DNA of 64,000 nucleotides from Amphiscolops sp. MND2022 (Eukaryota): NCBI GenBank assembly GCA_964187785.1, contig OZ076417.1, positions 20,522,001 to 20,586,000 of the forward strand, read 5' to 3'. Shown piece by piece: positions 48,948 to 61,026 of this stretch (position 1 is its first letter; each line of letters starts with the position of its first letter). The notes under the pieces were generated by a model. It saw only the letters and a program-made list of their open reading frames with translations, ran no database searches and was not told where the DNA came from. The position numbers and the translations under genes were made by a program.

Positions 48948-49842
48948 AAAAACTGCAAAGAGTGAACTTGAATGTTTATATTGGAACAAAACACAGATTA
49001 ATCATGACTTCCGTTCCAGGAACAAAGCAGGACGGAGTTATCAGTTTGAAAAATTAGTTCGAAAAGGTACAACAAGTCGGCGCCCCGCTCAAGACGAGAA
49101 TCTGTATGAAAGGGAAGAGTGATATCAGTATCAAAACAAGCCGGGAACGGCCAAAATCGGTGCCATATCTAAGGCTCAAAAATGGCAAAAGGACTTCAAA
49201 AGGTCAAGAAAACGTTACATCCAAATTTTGAAAACAGGTCCCTGTGGGGCACAGTATTATTTCTGCTTTTAGGCTTTCATGCTCAATAATGTTCAATATG
49301 TTCAAGCATATCTTGACCATTTATATAGGGCACAATTATTCAATCTTCCAGTTTACACCGCCACGAATTGTACGCTTCTTCTCACGGCCGAACAAAATAT
49401 CCGAATTTTTCAGTAGGCACTCGTTATCACGACAAAAATTGAACTGAAAAAAAATCAATAAGTCAGATTTCAATAATATTCCTGCTATCGCAGAAATGAT
49501 CAACAAAAAAGTCGAAAAATGGGTTTTTTGGCCTTTCTTGGGCTAATTTTGGTTATATTCGTACGATTCTGGCCCAGTCGTACGATTTTGATGTCACTGC
49601 GCACGCAGGGACACTTTTGGGTGTAGAATGACTGTGCGGAATTTTATGAAAATAGTATGGACAGTTTTTGATTTTCATTGAAAGGTCGGGAGAAAAAAAA
49701 ACGATACGATTACATAAGTAGTCAAAATTTTTTCCGACTCCTACAAATTGTTGACTATAAAAAGAATTATAATTCAGAACTTTGCATTTTCGGGTGACTT
49801 TCACTGCCTTTTTACAGTCAATTCTTGAAAATCAAGTTTCAG

Positions 49843-50082
49843 ATGAGCAATATTCTACCCAAGATAATATGTGCATTTATCATCGCTGGTCTAGCTGTAT
49901 CTCAAAGACCCCGCTGTATGCACCGCGTGCATTGTCCGCACCCGTTCAACTACTGTTTGGGGGGATTTTGCTATATGGACGATGAAATACCTACTGAAAG
50001 ACCATATTGCAGGACTAACAACGATTGTATGCCACCGTTTGAGTATTGTTTGGGATCCCAATGCTTCGCTTTCGAGGAATAA
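49843..50082 (+). CDS. Small secreted cysteine-rich peptide (79 aa), antisense inside DnaJ intron 4
   Basis: MSNILPKIICAFIIAGLAVS (hydrophobic signal with A-x-S cleavage), then QRPRCMHRVHCPHPFNYCLGGFCY-MDDEIPTE-RPYCRTNNDCMPPFEYCLGSQCFAFEE*. Two C-x5-C-x6-C-x4-C modules; no stops or frameshifts. Confidence 0.75.
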   Translation: MSNILPKIICAFIIAGLAVSQRPRCMHRVHCPHPFNYCLGGFCYMDDEIPTERPYCRTNNDCMPPFEYCLGSQCFAFEE

Positions 50083-50146
50083 TTCCCAAACATGTGTCGC
50101 ATATCACTACTGAAACTCCTTAATCACTTCATATTGACCATGCTTT

Positions 50147-50621
50147 CCCTGGTTGAGCGAAAATGATTGCCTTGCAAGGATCTTACAAGAATCTTGCACG
50201 ATCCTGGCTTAAAACGCATTCCTTGCAATGATCTTGAGAGATTTTCGAAGTAATTATTTATATTATTATTATTAAGATATTATTATACAGTCGAACTCGG
50301 ATAAAAGAAACTCACAGGGCGGTAAGAAAAGAGTTTCTTCTATCCATAGTTTTTTAATCAGTTGTTCTATTGACATAGAAAGTTTGTCTAAGTTTGCATA
50401 AAAGCGGATGAGTGAAAACCTTTCTTGTATCAAAATGTTTTTTATCCGAGTCCGACTGTACTTGCAAAATCTTGCAAGGAATGTATTTGCTTGAAAGATC
50501 TTACAAGATCTTCTTTGTAAGATTCTTACAAAGAATACATTTACCTGTAATATCTTTCAAGGCATGTATTAAATACAAGATCCTACGAGATCCTTGCAAG
50601 GATTGCATTTTTTCAAGTAGG
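50147..50621. mobile_element. Palindrome-rich MITE, copy 3, with a nested Tc1/pogo-type MITE
   Basis: Ends CCCTGGTTGAGCGAAAATG and CATTTTTTCAAGTAGG. Confidence 0.65.
50288..50458. mobile_element. Tc1/mariner (pogo/Tigger-like) MITE, 171 bp
   Basis: TA|CAGTCGAACTCGGATAAAA ... TTTTATCCGAGTCCGACTG|TA: ~19-bp TIRs with a TA duplication. Confidence 0.85.
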
Positions 50622-51833
50622 TTGGCCAATTAGCACGTAGCATCGTTTGGTCACGTTATCATGATTATAATTCATTCGATGCATGTTTCTATTTTACTTT
50701 AATTTATGCCATATGACTGCGAATGAAAGTAAACCTCAACTCTATTTTCATAGAATTGTTCAAAAGATGACTTTTTTTCAGATTATGACACAGTAAAGAG
50801 GCTCTGCAGCTTGCAGTGTTTTGACGCCTGATCTTTTACCTTCTGATTTTTTCTTCAATTATCTTTACCGACACGCCCACTATGGGCACATACAAACTAA
50901 TCAACAAAACTAATGTTTAATGCACGGTCCTGTTCAATGAAAGTAAAAGTAAAGTAAAAACAAGCCGGGAACGGCCCAAGTCGGCGCCATATCTAAGGCT
51001 CGAAAATAGCAAAAGGACTTCAAAGTGTCAAGTATTCTCTTCTACAGTACCCGCATGAGGGAAAAATTGAAAAAAAAAAACATTTCGAAATTTTTCAAAA
51101 ATTTGTTTTGGACCCCGGGAAGTCGCATAGTGCCGAAAAATGTAAAAGGGGACCTCAAAAAAGCCTAATTAACCTCTACCTCAAGTGCCAGTAGAAGTAG
51201 TGTGGCATTTAGTGTTAGTTCAAGTCAGCTTATGAAGCTTTTAAAATCTGTCACTTCGTTGGTCTTAAAAAAAGAAAAGTCACTACTATAGTCTGCGTTT
51301 TTCTACGAAATTAGTATCTAAATGATCACATCAATTAATTAGTTTTCCATTTCTTCTTTGCCCTCATTCTAAATTAGATGCTCTAATTTGGATTTTATTG
51401 TTTGTCTTCCTAATCAAGAATGCTACTTTCATGTTTCAATAAATTTTTCGAATGTCAGAGGCTACTTTTTGAGGCTACGAAAAATGTGGGATGAGAAATG
51501 GTGTTTCTGAACTCAGCTGATTTCGACGATCGATTCTGACCCAAACTTCAATGAAAGCTGAATCCGATATAATTATGGCTGTCACGTGAAAACATTCCAG
51601 AACCAAACGCCCAAAACAGCGGAAATATATAAAAAAATTTTTAGAAAGTTAAAATGCATAGTGGAAAAAAATTAATCGCAAGCATTGCTTTGATGCAAAA
51701 TCTTTGGAACAAAATTTATGATGCAGATCCGAGAAACCACTACTTTTTTAGTGCGTGAAGACTGTCGTTTCCAGCGATTTGCTACCACTGACCGAAATCA
51801 ACCCAATGCTTCAAATTTCTCAAAGTTCAAGAG

Positions 51834-52652
51834 AAACAAGACGGGAATGTCTAAAGTCGGCGCTAAATCTAAGGCTCAAAAAGCGGAAAGTGTTGAAAAA
51901 ATGGTCAGGACCTTTATGAAAAACTCACAAAAAACTTCGAAACACCAAAAGGGTGCCTTTCGTGATCGACAACCCTTCAGAAGTTCCGATATTCGTACTG
52001 AGACAAATGCGAGCGCTTTTTTGATCCTACGGCTCCTCAATAAAACGCGAATTACTTCTGATAAAACGTCAAAAGTTCGGATATAGCGTGCTGAGACGAA
52101 TGGAAGCGCTTGTTTTCGAGACTCCGCTTCCTCCTTAGTAAAACGCAATATGGTTCGGATATAACGTTGAAAATTCGGATACCGCGCAATATTGAAAAAC
52201 AATTATTTGGTGGATATATATTGATTGAGAAAACCTAATATCAGACAAAAAAAAATAGAATTTTTAACAGTCTCACAGTGCCGCGAAAAATGTAAAAGGA
52301 GGGACCCTCTGGCATTTTTAGACATCCGTTCTGTTGCAAAATATCAAAAAAATTAAAGGGGACCTTTTGAAGACATTTGAAAATTTCCAAAAAAGTCTCA
52401 GTGCCGAAAAAATCGAAAAGGGGACCCTTTAGTCTCGTTCGGTTTTGTATGTTACCTAACAAAATTAGCTAAGGTAGACACTTAGCAATACCTTAGATGC
52501 GTTTTCGCTGAACAGACTTGGCCGGTACAGTAGTTTAGTAGTTTCTGTAAAAAGTGTCCACTACGGATACATTCTGTTATCTGATGAAAAAAACTCACTG
52601 AAAAAGTCAGCAATAGTCGGGCTTTTTTCTCAAGGGAAAATGTGCGGACTAA
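51834..52652 (-). mobile_element. Helentron/DINE-1-like element, family 1, longer variant
   Basis: AACAAGACGGGAATGTCTAAAGTCGGCGCT start; degenerate AGTCGGGC...GTGCGGACTAAAAA end. Confidence 0.65.
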
Positions 52653-52959
52653 AAACACGCTGCAAATCCGTAGTTCGAACGCTACTCAAACTAAACGCTG
52701 TCGCTTTTTGAAATGATCAGTACCGCTAGTCACCGCTGTTATCTCAAATATTTGTATTTGCGCGAAATCGCCCTCTTCGAAAAGAACTTCGGAAAAACTT
52801 TGCTGAGTTTTCGAACTCAACATGTAAACAGAACAGTCATGAAGTGACTTTCATAAATTTTAGAAAACAAAAACCAAAAGGTGCGCTCTATTTTTTGCCC
52901 TGTGATTGCTATCTATTCTTGCAGACCATAAGAGATTTTCAGAAAGTGAAACGAAAAAT

Positions 52960-55768
52960 TTAACTGTTCAAATCAACAAACAAAGACTCTAAAGTAAATA
53001 CAAATGGACGGTCATTGATTGACGTATGTAAAACAACTGATATGATGATACTGAACGGGCGAAGTGGCAAGGATAGAGGTGTTGGTAACTTTACTTGTAA
53101 CAATTACAACGGAAAGAGTGTGGTAGATTATATAATAGCTGACAATTCGTTGATTGATAAATTGTTAAATTTTGAAATAAAACAGTTTGATCCAAGTCTA
53201 TCAGACGTCCACTGCGGTCTAAAAGTTGAAATTTTAAGAGCTATAGATGTGGAAGTTAATGAAAACAATGAATGTATCGGTGCAACGAAAAAATTCTGGA
53301 ATGATGTGTTGAAGTCCAGTTTTTTAAGGTCACTGGAAAATCAAGACCTTAGTAACATTTGTAATTTGCTAGAAAATAAAAATGCAACGTTGTCTGAAAT
53401 CAATGAAATTGGTCGAGAATTGAGACGTATACTTGTTGAATCTGCAGAAATATCGAATGTTTTACGTACCCCACGTCGAGTGCCTGGAAAAAACCAATGG
53501 TTCGACATGGAATGTCATGTAAAAAGGACTCAATATAGAAATATGTGTAGGAACTCGCGAAGCATAACTCAAAAAAAAGCAGCGCTCAAAAATTACAAAA
53601 ACTTTATACTCTTGAAAAAGAAAACGTTCTTGAAAAATTTCAATGAAAAACTATTGAGACTACGATCGAAAAACTGGTCGGTAATAGGGAGTTTGAAATG
53701 TAAAAGCTCCCTCCCCAAATTAAATGTGAAAAGTTTCGCTGAACACTTTCAACATTTGCATTTGCTACCATCGAGCTTTTGTATTGATGATGTAGAGTCC
53801 ACCGAAAGGGACATCAATGTTGAATTGAATAAAAATTTTAGTTGTGGAGGTGCGGGAATCTTTGCAAAATCTTAAATTCGGGAAATCAGCTGGTCAAGAT
53901 AATTACCCGGAATTTCTGATATGTTCCTGGGAACCTTGTCGAAGTACTTAATAGTTTTTTCAACCTAGTTTTAAAGACAGGAATTGTCCCTGATGATTGG
54001 GCTCTGTCAACTATATGTCCAATTCATAGGAAGGGACTAATGACCGACCCTAATAATTATCGGGGAATTTCGTTGATTTATTGCATCGGAAAAGTTTTCT
54101 CGTCAATTATAAGTACCAGAATCAAACACTATTTAGATTTAACAAACAGAATTGGTTCGGAACAGGCTGGCTTCAGAAAAGGACACGGCTGCGAGGACCA
54201 TACTTTCTCTCACTAAAATTCTATCTTCGTATTTGGCAAATGGCAAAAGAGTGTACGCCACCTTTCTCGATTATGAAAAAGCATTCGATTTAGTTGATCG
54301 AGCAATTCTTTGGAAGAAGTTACAGGATCATAATATCAATGGAAATGTTTTCAATGCCATACGTAGTCTTTACTCAAAAACAAAAGCATGTGTCAAAGTG
54401 GGCAACTGTTATTCTAGTTTTTTCAATTGTGAGGTTGGTGTTAGGCAGGGTGATAATTTATCACCACTATTGTTCACAATTTTTGTAAATGACTTCAAAG
54501 CATACTTGCAAAATCATTGTAACGGATTGAACTTTCTATCGAACTCAATGAAGAGCAACCTGGATGTAGACGAGAAAATCTTTGCACTTCTGTATGCTGA
54601 TGATACCATTATTTTGACAGAAATTTAATTATTCGAATAAATTGCTCTAAGACAAAATATACGATCTTCTCCAGGGGAAAGGTTCGTAAATCGACAGTGA
54701 TGTTTATAAACAACAGCCCAATTGAAAGAGTTGACAGTTTTTGCTATTTAGGAGTGATTTTCAAGTACAATAACACCTTTCAACTAACGATAAAAATCAA
54801 CGTTGACAAAGCAAAGAAGGCGTTGTTCAAATTGAGAGCTGAAACAAGTGGACATGAACTCGCAATACAGACAAAACTACACTTGTTTGACTCAATTGTT
54901 TTACCGATCCTAACCTATGGTTGCGAAGTTTGGGGACATGAACTTTTCGAACAGATTGAAAGTTTCCATCGGAATTTTTTGCGAACGCTTTTAAACGTTA
55001 GGAACAGTACTCCAAATGCTATGATTTACGGAGAATTAGGTAGAAATGAAATAAAATATAAAATTTGGCTTCGAATTTTGGGTTTCTGGAAAAGGTTGAG
55101 CGACGACAAAAACAAACTCTCGTCCCTTATGTACAAGTACTTACGAAAAATTTTCCCCTCAGACAAATGGTTGTCTTGTGTTCAAACAATACTGATAGAA
55201 TGCGGAATTCCCGGTGCTTATCACTTTATCGAAAATGTTAATGAAGCTCACTTTAAAGAATATACCAAGAACAAGCTACAGGATGTGTCAATACAACAGT
55301 GGAACACATCAGTGGAACACACAACTCACTCTGCAAATTGTACGCTTCATATAAGTACAAATATCGAATCGAGCCATATGTTTTTCCCTTGAGAACAAAA
55401 GACAGAATTGAATTGAGTAGATTTCGATGTGCTGCACTGATTATAACAGACGTCAGGGAAAAATTTACAGGGGTAAAAGAGACGCATTGCCCACTTTGTA
55501 ATAATCAGGTGAATGCTGATGAGTACCATTTTTTACTTGTATGTACTGAGTTAAAAGACTTACGTGCAAAATACCTAAGCAAGTGCTACCAACATAACCC
55601 CAGTCTGCTGAAACTTGACCAACTGATGAACTTGACAAGCACTGTAAGATTAACGCACCTTAGTATGTATTGTAAATTGGTCACCGACCGTGTCCGCTGT
55701 AAAATTGAAAGTTTGAGTTTTGTACACCCTTCGAGGTAACGAAAGTGAATTAAATATTCATTCATTCA
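52960..55768 (+). mobile_element. 5'-truncated LINE (RTEX-like), degenerate, with (CATT)n tail
   Basis: Endonuclease C-terminus (NGRSLIDVC...ILNGR...SVVDYII...SDVHC), RT (FLDYEKAF, GVRQGDNLSPLLF, LLYADD) and C-terminal CPLC...DEYHFLLVC. The clade call is from motif recall. Confidence 0.88.
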
Positions 55769-56222
55769 AATCAAAATTCAGCTACAGTAAGTTTTTGCCT
55801 CTGAATTGCTCCAGACTTGGAGTAGCCAATCAGAATTGGCTAACTAAGTGGGTCGACAAATAAGTCTTCTATAGCATTTCAGCTAACGGAGCAAAAAAAC
55901 TGCAGCAAAAAAACTGGGCAAAGCGGTCGAAAATTGGAAAAACGGCAAAAACTCCCAATTTCGCTCAAAATCAGGTATTTGTAAATTTCTCAATTTTGGT
56001 CTCGTAATATTTTTGAAAAACACTAATGTAAACTAGATGAAATTCTAAAAAACCTTTGATGTTTTTCAAAATTTTCAACCGATTTCGAGAAAACCGAGCC
56101 TAAAATTGCGCGGGTGACGTTCTCTTAATCACAGTACTTTATTAATAATAGCTGTATCACGCTTAGAGGTCAAACCACTGCTGTAAATAGAGTTTTGCGA
56201 ACCCTTGCCTACAGATACCAAC

Positions 56223-56353
56223 CTCGGTTCCTGATTTCTTCTTGACACTGTCTTCGAACTGTTTGGTGGCGCCGTCTTTGTCGAAGAGGATCAGCTTGTA
56301 CTTGCTGAATGAGGTCGATAAACAACTGACTAGGACACCCTGGTCGCCCACTC
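56223..56353 (-). CDS. ARG1-like DnaJ, exon 4
   Basis: ctgtag|GA...GAG|gttggt, 131 nt. Translates RVGDQGVLVSCLSTSFSKYKLILFDKDGATKQFEDSVKKKSGTE (S-K-[FY]-K-L motif). Confidence 0.92.
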
Positions 56354-56787
56354 CTACAGGGAGAGAACAGAGGCAGTGAATCGATAATGTTCAAGCATGC
56401 TTGTTATAAACTAGTTATAACACGAGGAGTCTTATTGTCATTAATTTTTGGCACTCGACTCGTTGAAAAACTCAAGAGGGACCACCGGCAACAAAAGGAT
56501 CTTCCAGCGTTTCAGAAAATATTTTAAAAAATCTCACAAGCAGAGCTTTTTTTGCTTCATCTGAGAGAAATTTTTTCCATTCAGTGAAACACTTTGAATA
56601 TACTTTCGCGTAAAGTCACGATTTGATTATTTGACGGGTCCTGGATTTTCACAATAAAGCTCAACTGTTCGAAAGATTTGCAGCCTGTAAGGTTAAACAT
56701 TTAAATATTTTCTGCCATTCGGAGACGAAGCAATAAACTTGAATAGGTTATCGATATGGAGAGTTTTATGGTAGTTATTCAATTCAC

Positions 56788-56914
56788 TGCCTTGAGGAAC
56801 TGTGAGCCAATACCACGCAGCTTCAGACTTGGGAATGGTTTCTTTGTAAGTTAGTCCAAAAACCACTTCTCTGACTGTGAGTTTAGTATTTGGGTCTACG
56901 TTGTTATTACATAT
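56788..56914 (-). CDS. ARG1-like DnaJ, exon 3
   Basis: tttcag|ATA...GGC A|gtgaat, 127 nt. Translates ICNNNVDPNTKLTVREVVFGLTYKETIPKSEAAWYWLTVPQG; phases fit both neighbours. Confidence 0.85.
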
Positions 56915-57221
56915 CTGAAACAAAAACAAAACTTCGGATAGAAATCTTTGATGAACTTACTAGCTAAGAAACGCCATCGGGGCGATATCATGAAAACTAA
57001 AGTTGTAACCAGTTGAAACTATGTCTAGTTTCTCAAACTTTCGGAAATCGACGTCGCAAATAATATCACTGGTTCGAACTGTTGAAAACTCCACTGAACA
57101 AAGACTTGGAACCTTGCAAGGAATGAAAGACACAGATTGCAAACTGAAATGCTTTCTGTTCTTTCAGGAACTCGCTTTTCTCCACCAAAAACCTTCGAAA
57201 TATGCCAAACAAAGAGCTTAC

Positions 57222-57422
57222 TTGTCTAGCCAGACTCAAAACTCGGGGTGAAATTTGTGTGGGCAGAGGTACCCCCAGTTTGGAGAACATTGCCCCGAAC
57301 AGACGACCGACTCCGCCGATTTCCTCGATGTTGATACCATCCAGGTCTCCCGTGTCCATGCCACAGTCGTACTGGTGTTTCTTAGTGGGATCGGACAGAA
57401 TGGAAAAGGCCACTGAGATTTC
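57222..57422 (-). CDS. ARG1-like DnaJ, exon 2
   Basis: attcag|GAA...CAA|gtaagc, 201 nt. Translates EISVAFSILSDPTKKHQYD...LFGAMFSKLGVPLPTQISPRVL. Confidence 0.95.
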
Positions 57423-57858
57423 CTGAATCGAGAGATTGAATTCAGAACCCGAGCACAGCTTTCTATTTTTTCAAGAAAAAAGTTTGGTAGCTCAAAGGTT
57501 CTTATCAGACATTTTGCATTCTATCAATTACGAAAAGAATCAAATATCGTGGCAACTTTCAAAAGGGGTTTTGAAACCCATAGCTTGGGTAAAATCCAAA
57601 CGGTTGCCTGCCTTTCAACGGTGATCGTACATTACCACAATATAATAAACTAGTCTAATTCCAATTTCAATATTTCCTAATTAGTTTCAAGACCCCGGGA
57701 ACAACCTAAGTTGACAACCCGCTTGAAGCTGTTCAAAAAGCGCGACTCGACATATGGGTTTACCTAAAAGTGGACCATTCAGCGTGATGTCTGTACTATG
57801 CAAGAACTAGACCATGTAAGAGGAGAGCCTTTTTTATTACAGAAAACGATAAATACTA

Positions 57859-58287
57859 ACAAGACGGGAACGTCTGAAGTCGGCGCTATATCTAAGGCTC
57901 AAAACGCGCAAAGTATATAAAATTGCAAAAGGGCTTTTTGAAAATCCAGTTTGTTGCAAAATATCAAACAAATTGAAGGGAGGACCCTTAGGAGAAATCA
58001 AAAAGTTTTGAAAAAATGTCTCACAAAGCCGAAAAGGGGGCGGGGAAAGTTTCATAGTGCCGAAACACTTGGAAAAGGGGACCATTCTGCTTTGGAATGG
58101 TTTTGAATTTCATTTTAGAGGCTTTGGATGCGTTCAAAATGAAGTACTGAGTACTTATTGTAAAAGTGCATAATGCACAAAAAGTCAAAAAGTAGTACAT
58201 ACAAGGTGAGCTCTGTGGTCTGACGAAAAAAAAAAGAAAACTAGCCACTGTAATCGTTGGGCACTTTTCACTAGAAAAGCGCCGACT
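57859..58287 (-). mobile_element. Helentron/DINE-1-like element, family 1, in DnaJ intron 1
   Basis: AACAAGACGGGAACGTCTGAAGTCGGCGCT ... GGGCACTTTTCACTAGAAAAGCGCCGACT. Confidence 0.8.
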
Positions 58288-58318
58288 GAAAATAATAAGC
58301 TGGATGTTAGATGCTTGC

Positions 58319-58480
58319 CTTGAACTTCTCAGCAGCCTCTGGGTCGTTGGGGTTTTTGTCGGGATGGTACTTCATGGCCAGTTTGCGGTAGGCGGACTTG
58401 ATCTCTGCCTCCGAAGACGCCTTCGTCACCCCCAGGATGCCATAGTAGTCCTTGCGGTCCGCAGCACTTGCGCTCTTCAT
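58319..58480 (-). CDS. ARG1-like DnaJ, exon 1 (J-domain with HPD)
   Basis: Translates [54 protein letters not shown], with donor AAG|GCAAGC. The seven exons total 1134 nt (377 aa plus stop). Confidence 0.95.
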
Positions 58481-59112
58481 TGCACAGGCAGACAGCTACA
58501 GCAACCCAAACTATCTCAACAGAGCGGTTTAGTATCAAACAATGAGCTGGATCTGAAAACAAAAGTTGCTGAGTCTTCATCCAATTAGAATCAACGTGTG
58601 TTTGTAACGGAATCATTAATATTTTACAACATGACATTGAATACTACCCGCAGATCTGAACCTAAAATAGAAAAGACACAGAAACCTTTGTGAGTCCATT
58701 GACACCAAGAGTTGTCCTGTCGATTAAAAAACTTCAGTGAGCAGGGGAAGGCCCAAGTTTGCGCACCGCATAAGGCTCAAAAAAATAAGTCTTTCAAAAA
58801 TGCTCAGGCAAAATTATTGCAGAAAGTCTGTTGAATATCACAATGCCGAAAAATGGACTGTTCCCCAAAAGGAATATGTTAGCTGAAAAACTATCAGGAG
58901 AGCCTAATCGGTGAAATGAAAAAAATTTATGAATAAGTAGCACAGTGCCGAAACCGAAAAGGAGGAAACTACAGCTCGGAAACTTTTTCCAACTTAAGGA
59001 CATTACGAAAACCTCAAGGGGTGCTCCTTGAGCAAAATTCTTGAGAAATTGGCACAGTGCCAAAAAATCAAATTAGGCCCCCTCTGACAACGTTTTTCCA
59101 AACGAAAAATTT

Positions 59113-59165
59113 TCAACAAGCCGGGGTTTCGAACCCACGAACTCCTGCTCCCCAGCCACTCACTC
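59113..59165 (-). repeat. tRNA-derived (SINE-like) fragment
   Basis: B-box GGGTTCGAAACCC on the minus strand; no complete cloverleaf or clear A-box. Confidence 0.35.
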
Positions 59166-60279
59166 TTCCCGTGATCGATTTAGTAAATTCTAATTTGAAT
59201 CAAAGTAACTTCGAGAAAGCTTCTATCGAAGTTTTCTGTCTGGTAGCCACTTTTAACTCACATTTTTTGGATCACTTCTGGATTGATGGAAGTTTCAGAA
59301 ACGTACTATACTTTTCCATTGGAGGTAATTGAGATAAAATCGGTGTCTTCCATGACTCCGAAAATTATGAAAGCCATGTTAATTTGAGCCTAAAATTTTC
59401 ATTTCTCCAACAAGCGATTTGCCACCCTCTCTTGACTTTTACGTTGCTTTGATCAATGGTTCAAATTAGCGGCAAATGATACGATGCCGAGAAGTGCACA
59501 AACTACATTTTCCTCGGAGAATTTATGAAATTACAAGAAACATTACAAGAAAAAACGAAAATACCCACTTTTTTCCTTCGTCCAATACGCGAAAGATAAC
59601 TTCCCATTTTTTCTTGCACAAAAAACTAATTTATTGTCTTGAAACCTACTCGCAGTTAATCATTTGACAGAAAGAAATTCTTTTCAAAGAATAACCGATT
59701 GGCGAAAATTTTTTGGCGATGTCAAACCCCTATTGAACCGCAAAAAGTTGGTAAAAGCTTCGAAAATAGTCTGACGCACGCAATTTCGACCTTCAACTTA
59801 AAGAATTCGCCTCAGAAGAATTCAAAAAAGAATTATATAAATAATTTCTTCATTTCATCAGTTCGATTAAAAAATTGATTGAGTAGCAACTATGATGCTT
59901 TTTATATACAATAAATGCTGATACAAGTTGCAATATCATTATTTAGAAATATTAAATAGATATGAACTTCAAGTCACGAAACCAAATGTGAAAGACTAGT
60001 TACTTCCAAGACTTTTCTCCGGCACGAAAACCCCCACCAGAAAAATTGGGAAACTAGCAATGTCCAAGTGTACTAATTTTCAATCAGTCTTTCTGTAGGT
60101 CCAAACAAACGCTTATTGCCACCAGAAGCAAAATCTTTTGACGCCAAAATTCGACTTTGACATATTGAACATCTGTTAACCTATTGCTCCGACAAAAGTA
60201 CACATCTCGGACGGAGTAAGTTATTAGAATTATTTGTGAAAGCGTTACGGGTTTATGAGTATCCATGAGTATTATGAAT

Positions 60280-61026
60280 TCAGGAACCAATAGATTTCGC
60301 AGATATTCCTTCTGTAGGCGTTGTATTTGCAACATTAGTACCAGGAAGCGAATCGTTTTGCAATTTAATAGGACTTGTGGGGTCCGCACTTGTTTGGTTC
60401 CTAGGCGAAGTCGACACTGACGATAATCTGGATTCTTTTAAATAACTCTGAAGAGATTCGATCTGTTTTTCGATTTGATTCCGATGATTAACCAGGTCTT
60501 TAAGCTCTTGAAGTAATTGAACATTGCTCTTAGACATTGCAGCACTTTGGTTGAACTCGACCGCTATACTTGGCGCTGATATCCCAGCACCGGCACTTTC
60601 TTTGGACAAGTTTCTTGGCGGCTTAGCTATGGTGCTTTCGGGGTTGCCTTTCACTTGCGTCACAGAACCTTGCGGAACACCACCAGAACCCTGTGGAAGC
60701 CCTCTCAAAGTTGGAGGAGGTCTTGATGGCGGTGGATTACTAGGTGAATCGAAGTCGGGTATACTGACACGAGAATTATTGCTCGAGTTTTGTTCATGGT
60801 ATCTCGGAGGAATGACTGGTTGCTGTTGACTTTGGAACAAATCCCATTTCTGGTAATGCGGGGTATCACCATGTGGCATAACTTTCGAAGCCGAAGGACT
60901 GTTGCCGGCATCTTTATTCGGCAAAACATTTGAGCCAAAGTCATCGTCGAAACCATGTGACAAAGATTTTGAAGATTCGAACGATTGTCCAGCATAAGAT
61001 TCCATTTGGTTAGCTCTCCCATAAAC
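60280..61026 (-). CDS. REPS1/REPS2-like EH-domain protein, last coding exon
   Basis: atttag|GTT TAT GGG, phase 0, open to the stop. Pro-rich PPPSRPPP and coiled coil LLQELKDLVNHRNQIEKQIESLQ. Confidence 0.85.
   Translation of the reverse strand, partial: VYGRANQMESYAGQSFESSKSLSHGFDDDFGSNVLPNKDAGNSPSASKVMPHGDTPHYQKWDLFQSQQQPVIPPRYHEQNSSNNSRVSIPDFDSPSNPPPSRPPPTLRGLPQGSGGVPQGSVTQVKGNPESTIAKPPRNLSKESAGAGISAPSIAVEFNQSAAMSKSNVQLLQELKDLVNHRNQIEKQIESLQSYLKESRLSSVSTSPRNQTSADPTSPIKLQNDSLPGTNVANTTPTEGISAKSIGS

Noticed and set aside
49825-49842. Longer start for the Cys-rich peptide given in the ORF track (MKIKFQ...)
   Set aside because: It begins at a non-ATG codon; the ATG at 49843 gives a canonical signal peptide and is shared with the duplicate.
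43407-52462. Many 60-120 aa Lys/Phe-rich ORFs within the dispersed repeats
   Set aside because: Chance frames in AT-rich Helentron-like repeats; they are not preserved between copies.
56960-57142. 60-aa minus-strand ORF inside DnaJ intron 2 as an extra exon
   Set aside because: Exons 2 and 3 join in phase without it, and the ARG1 alignment leaves no room.
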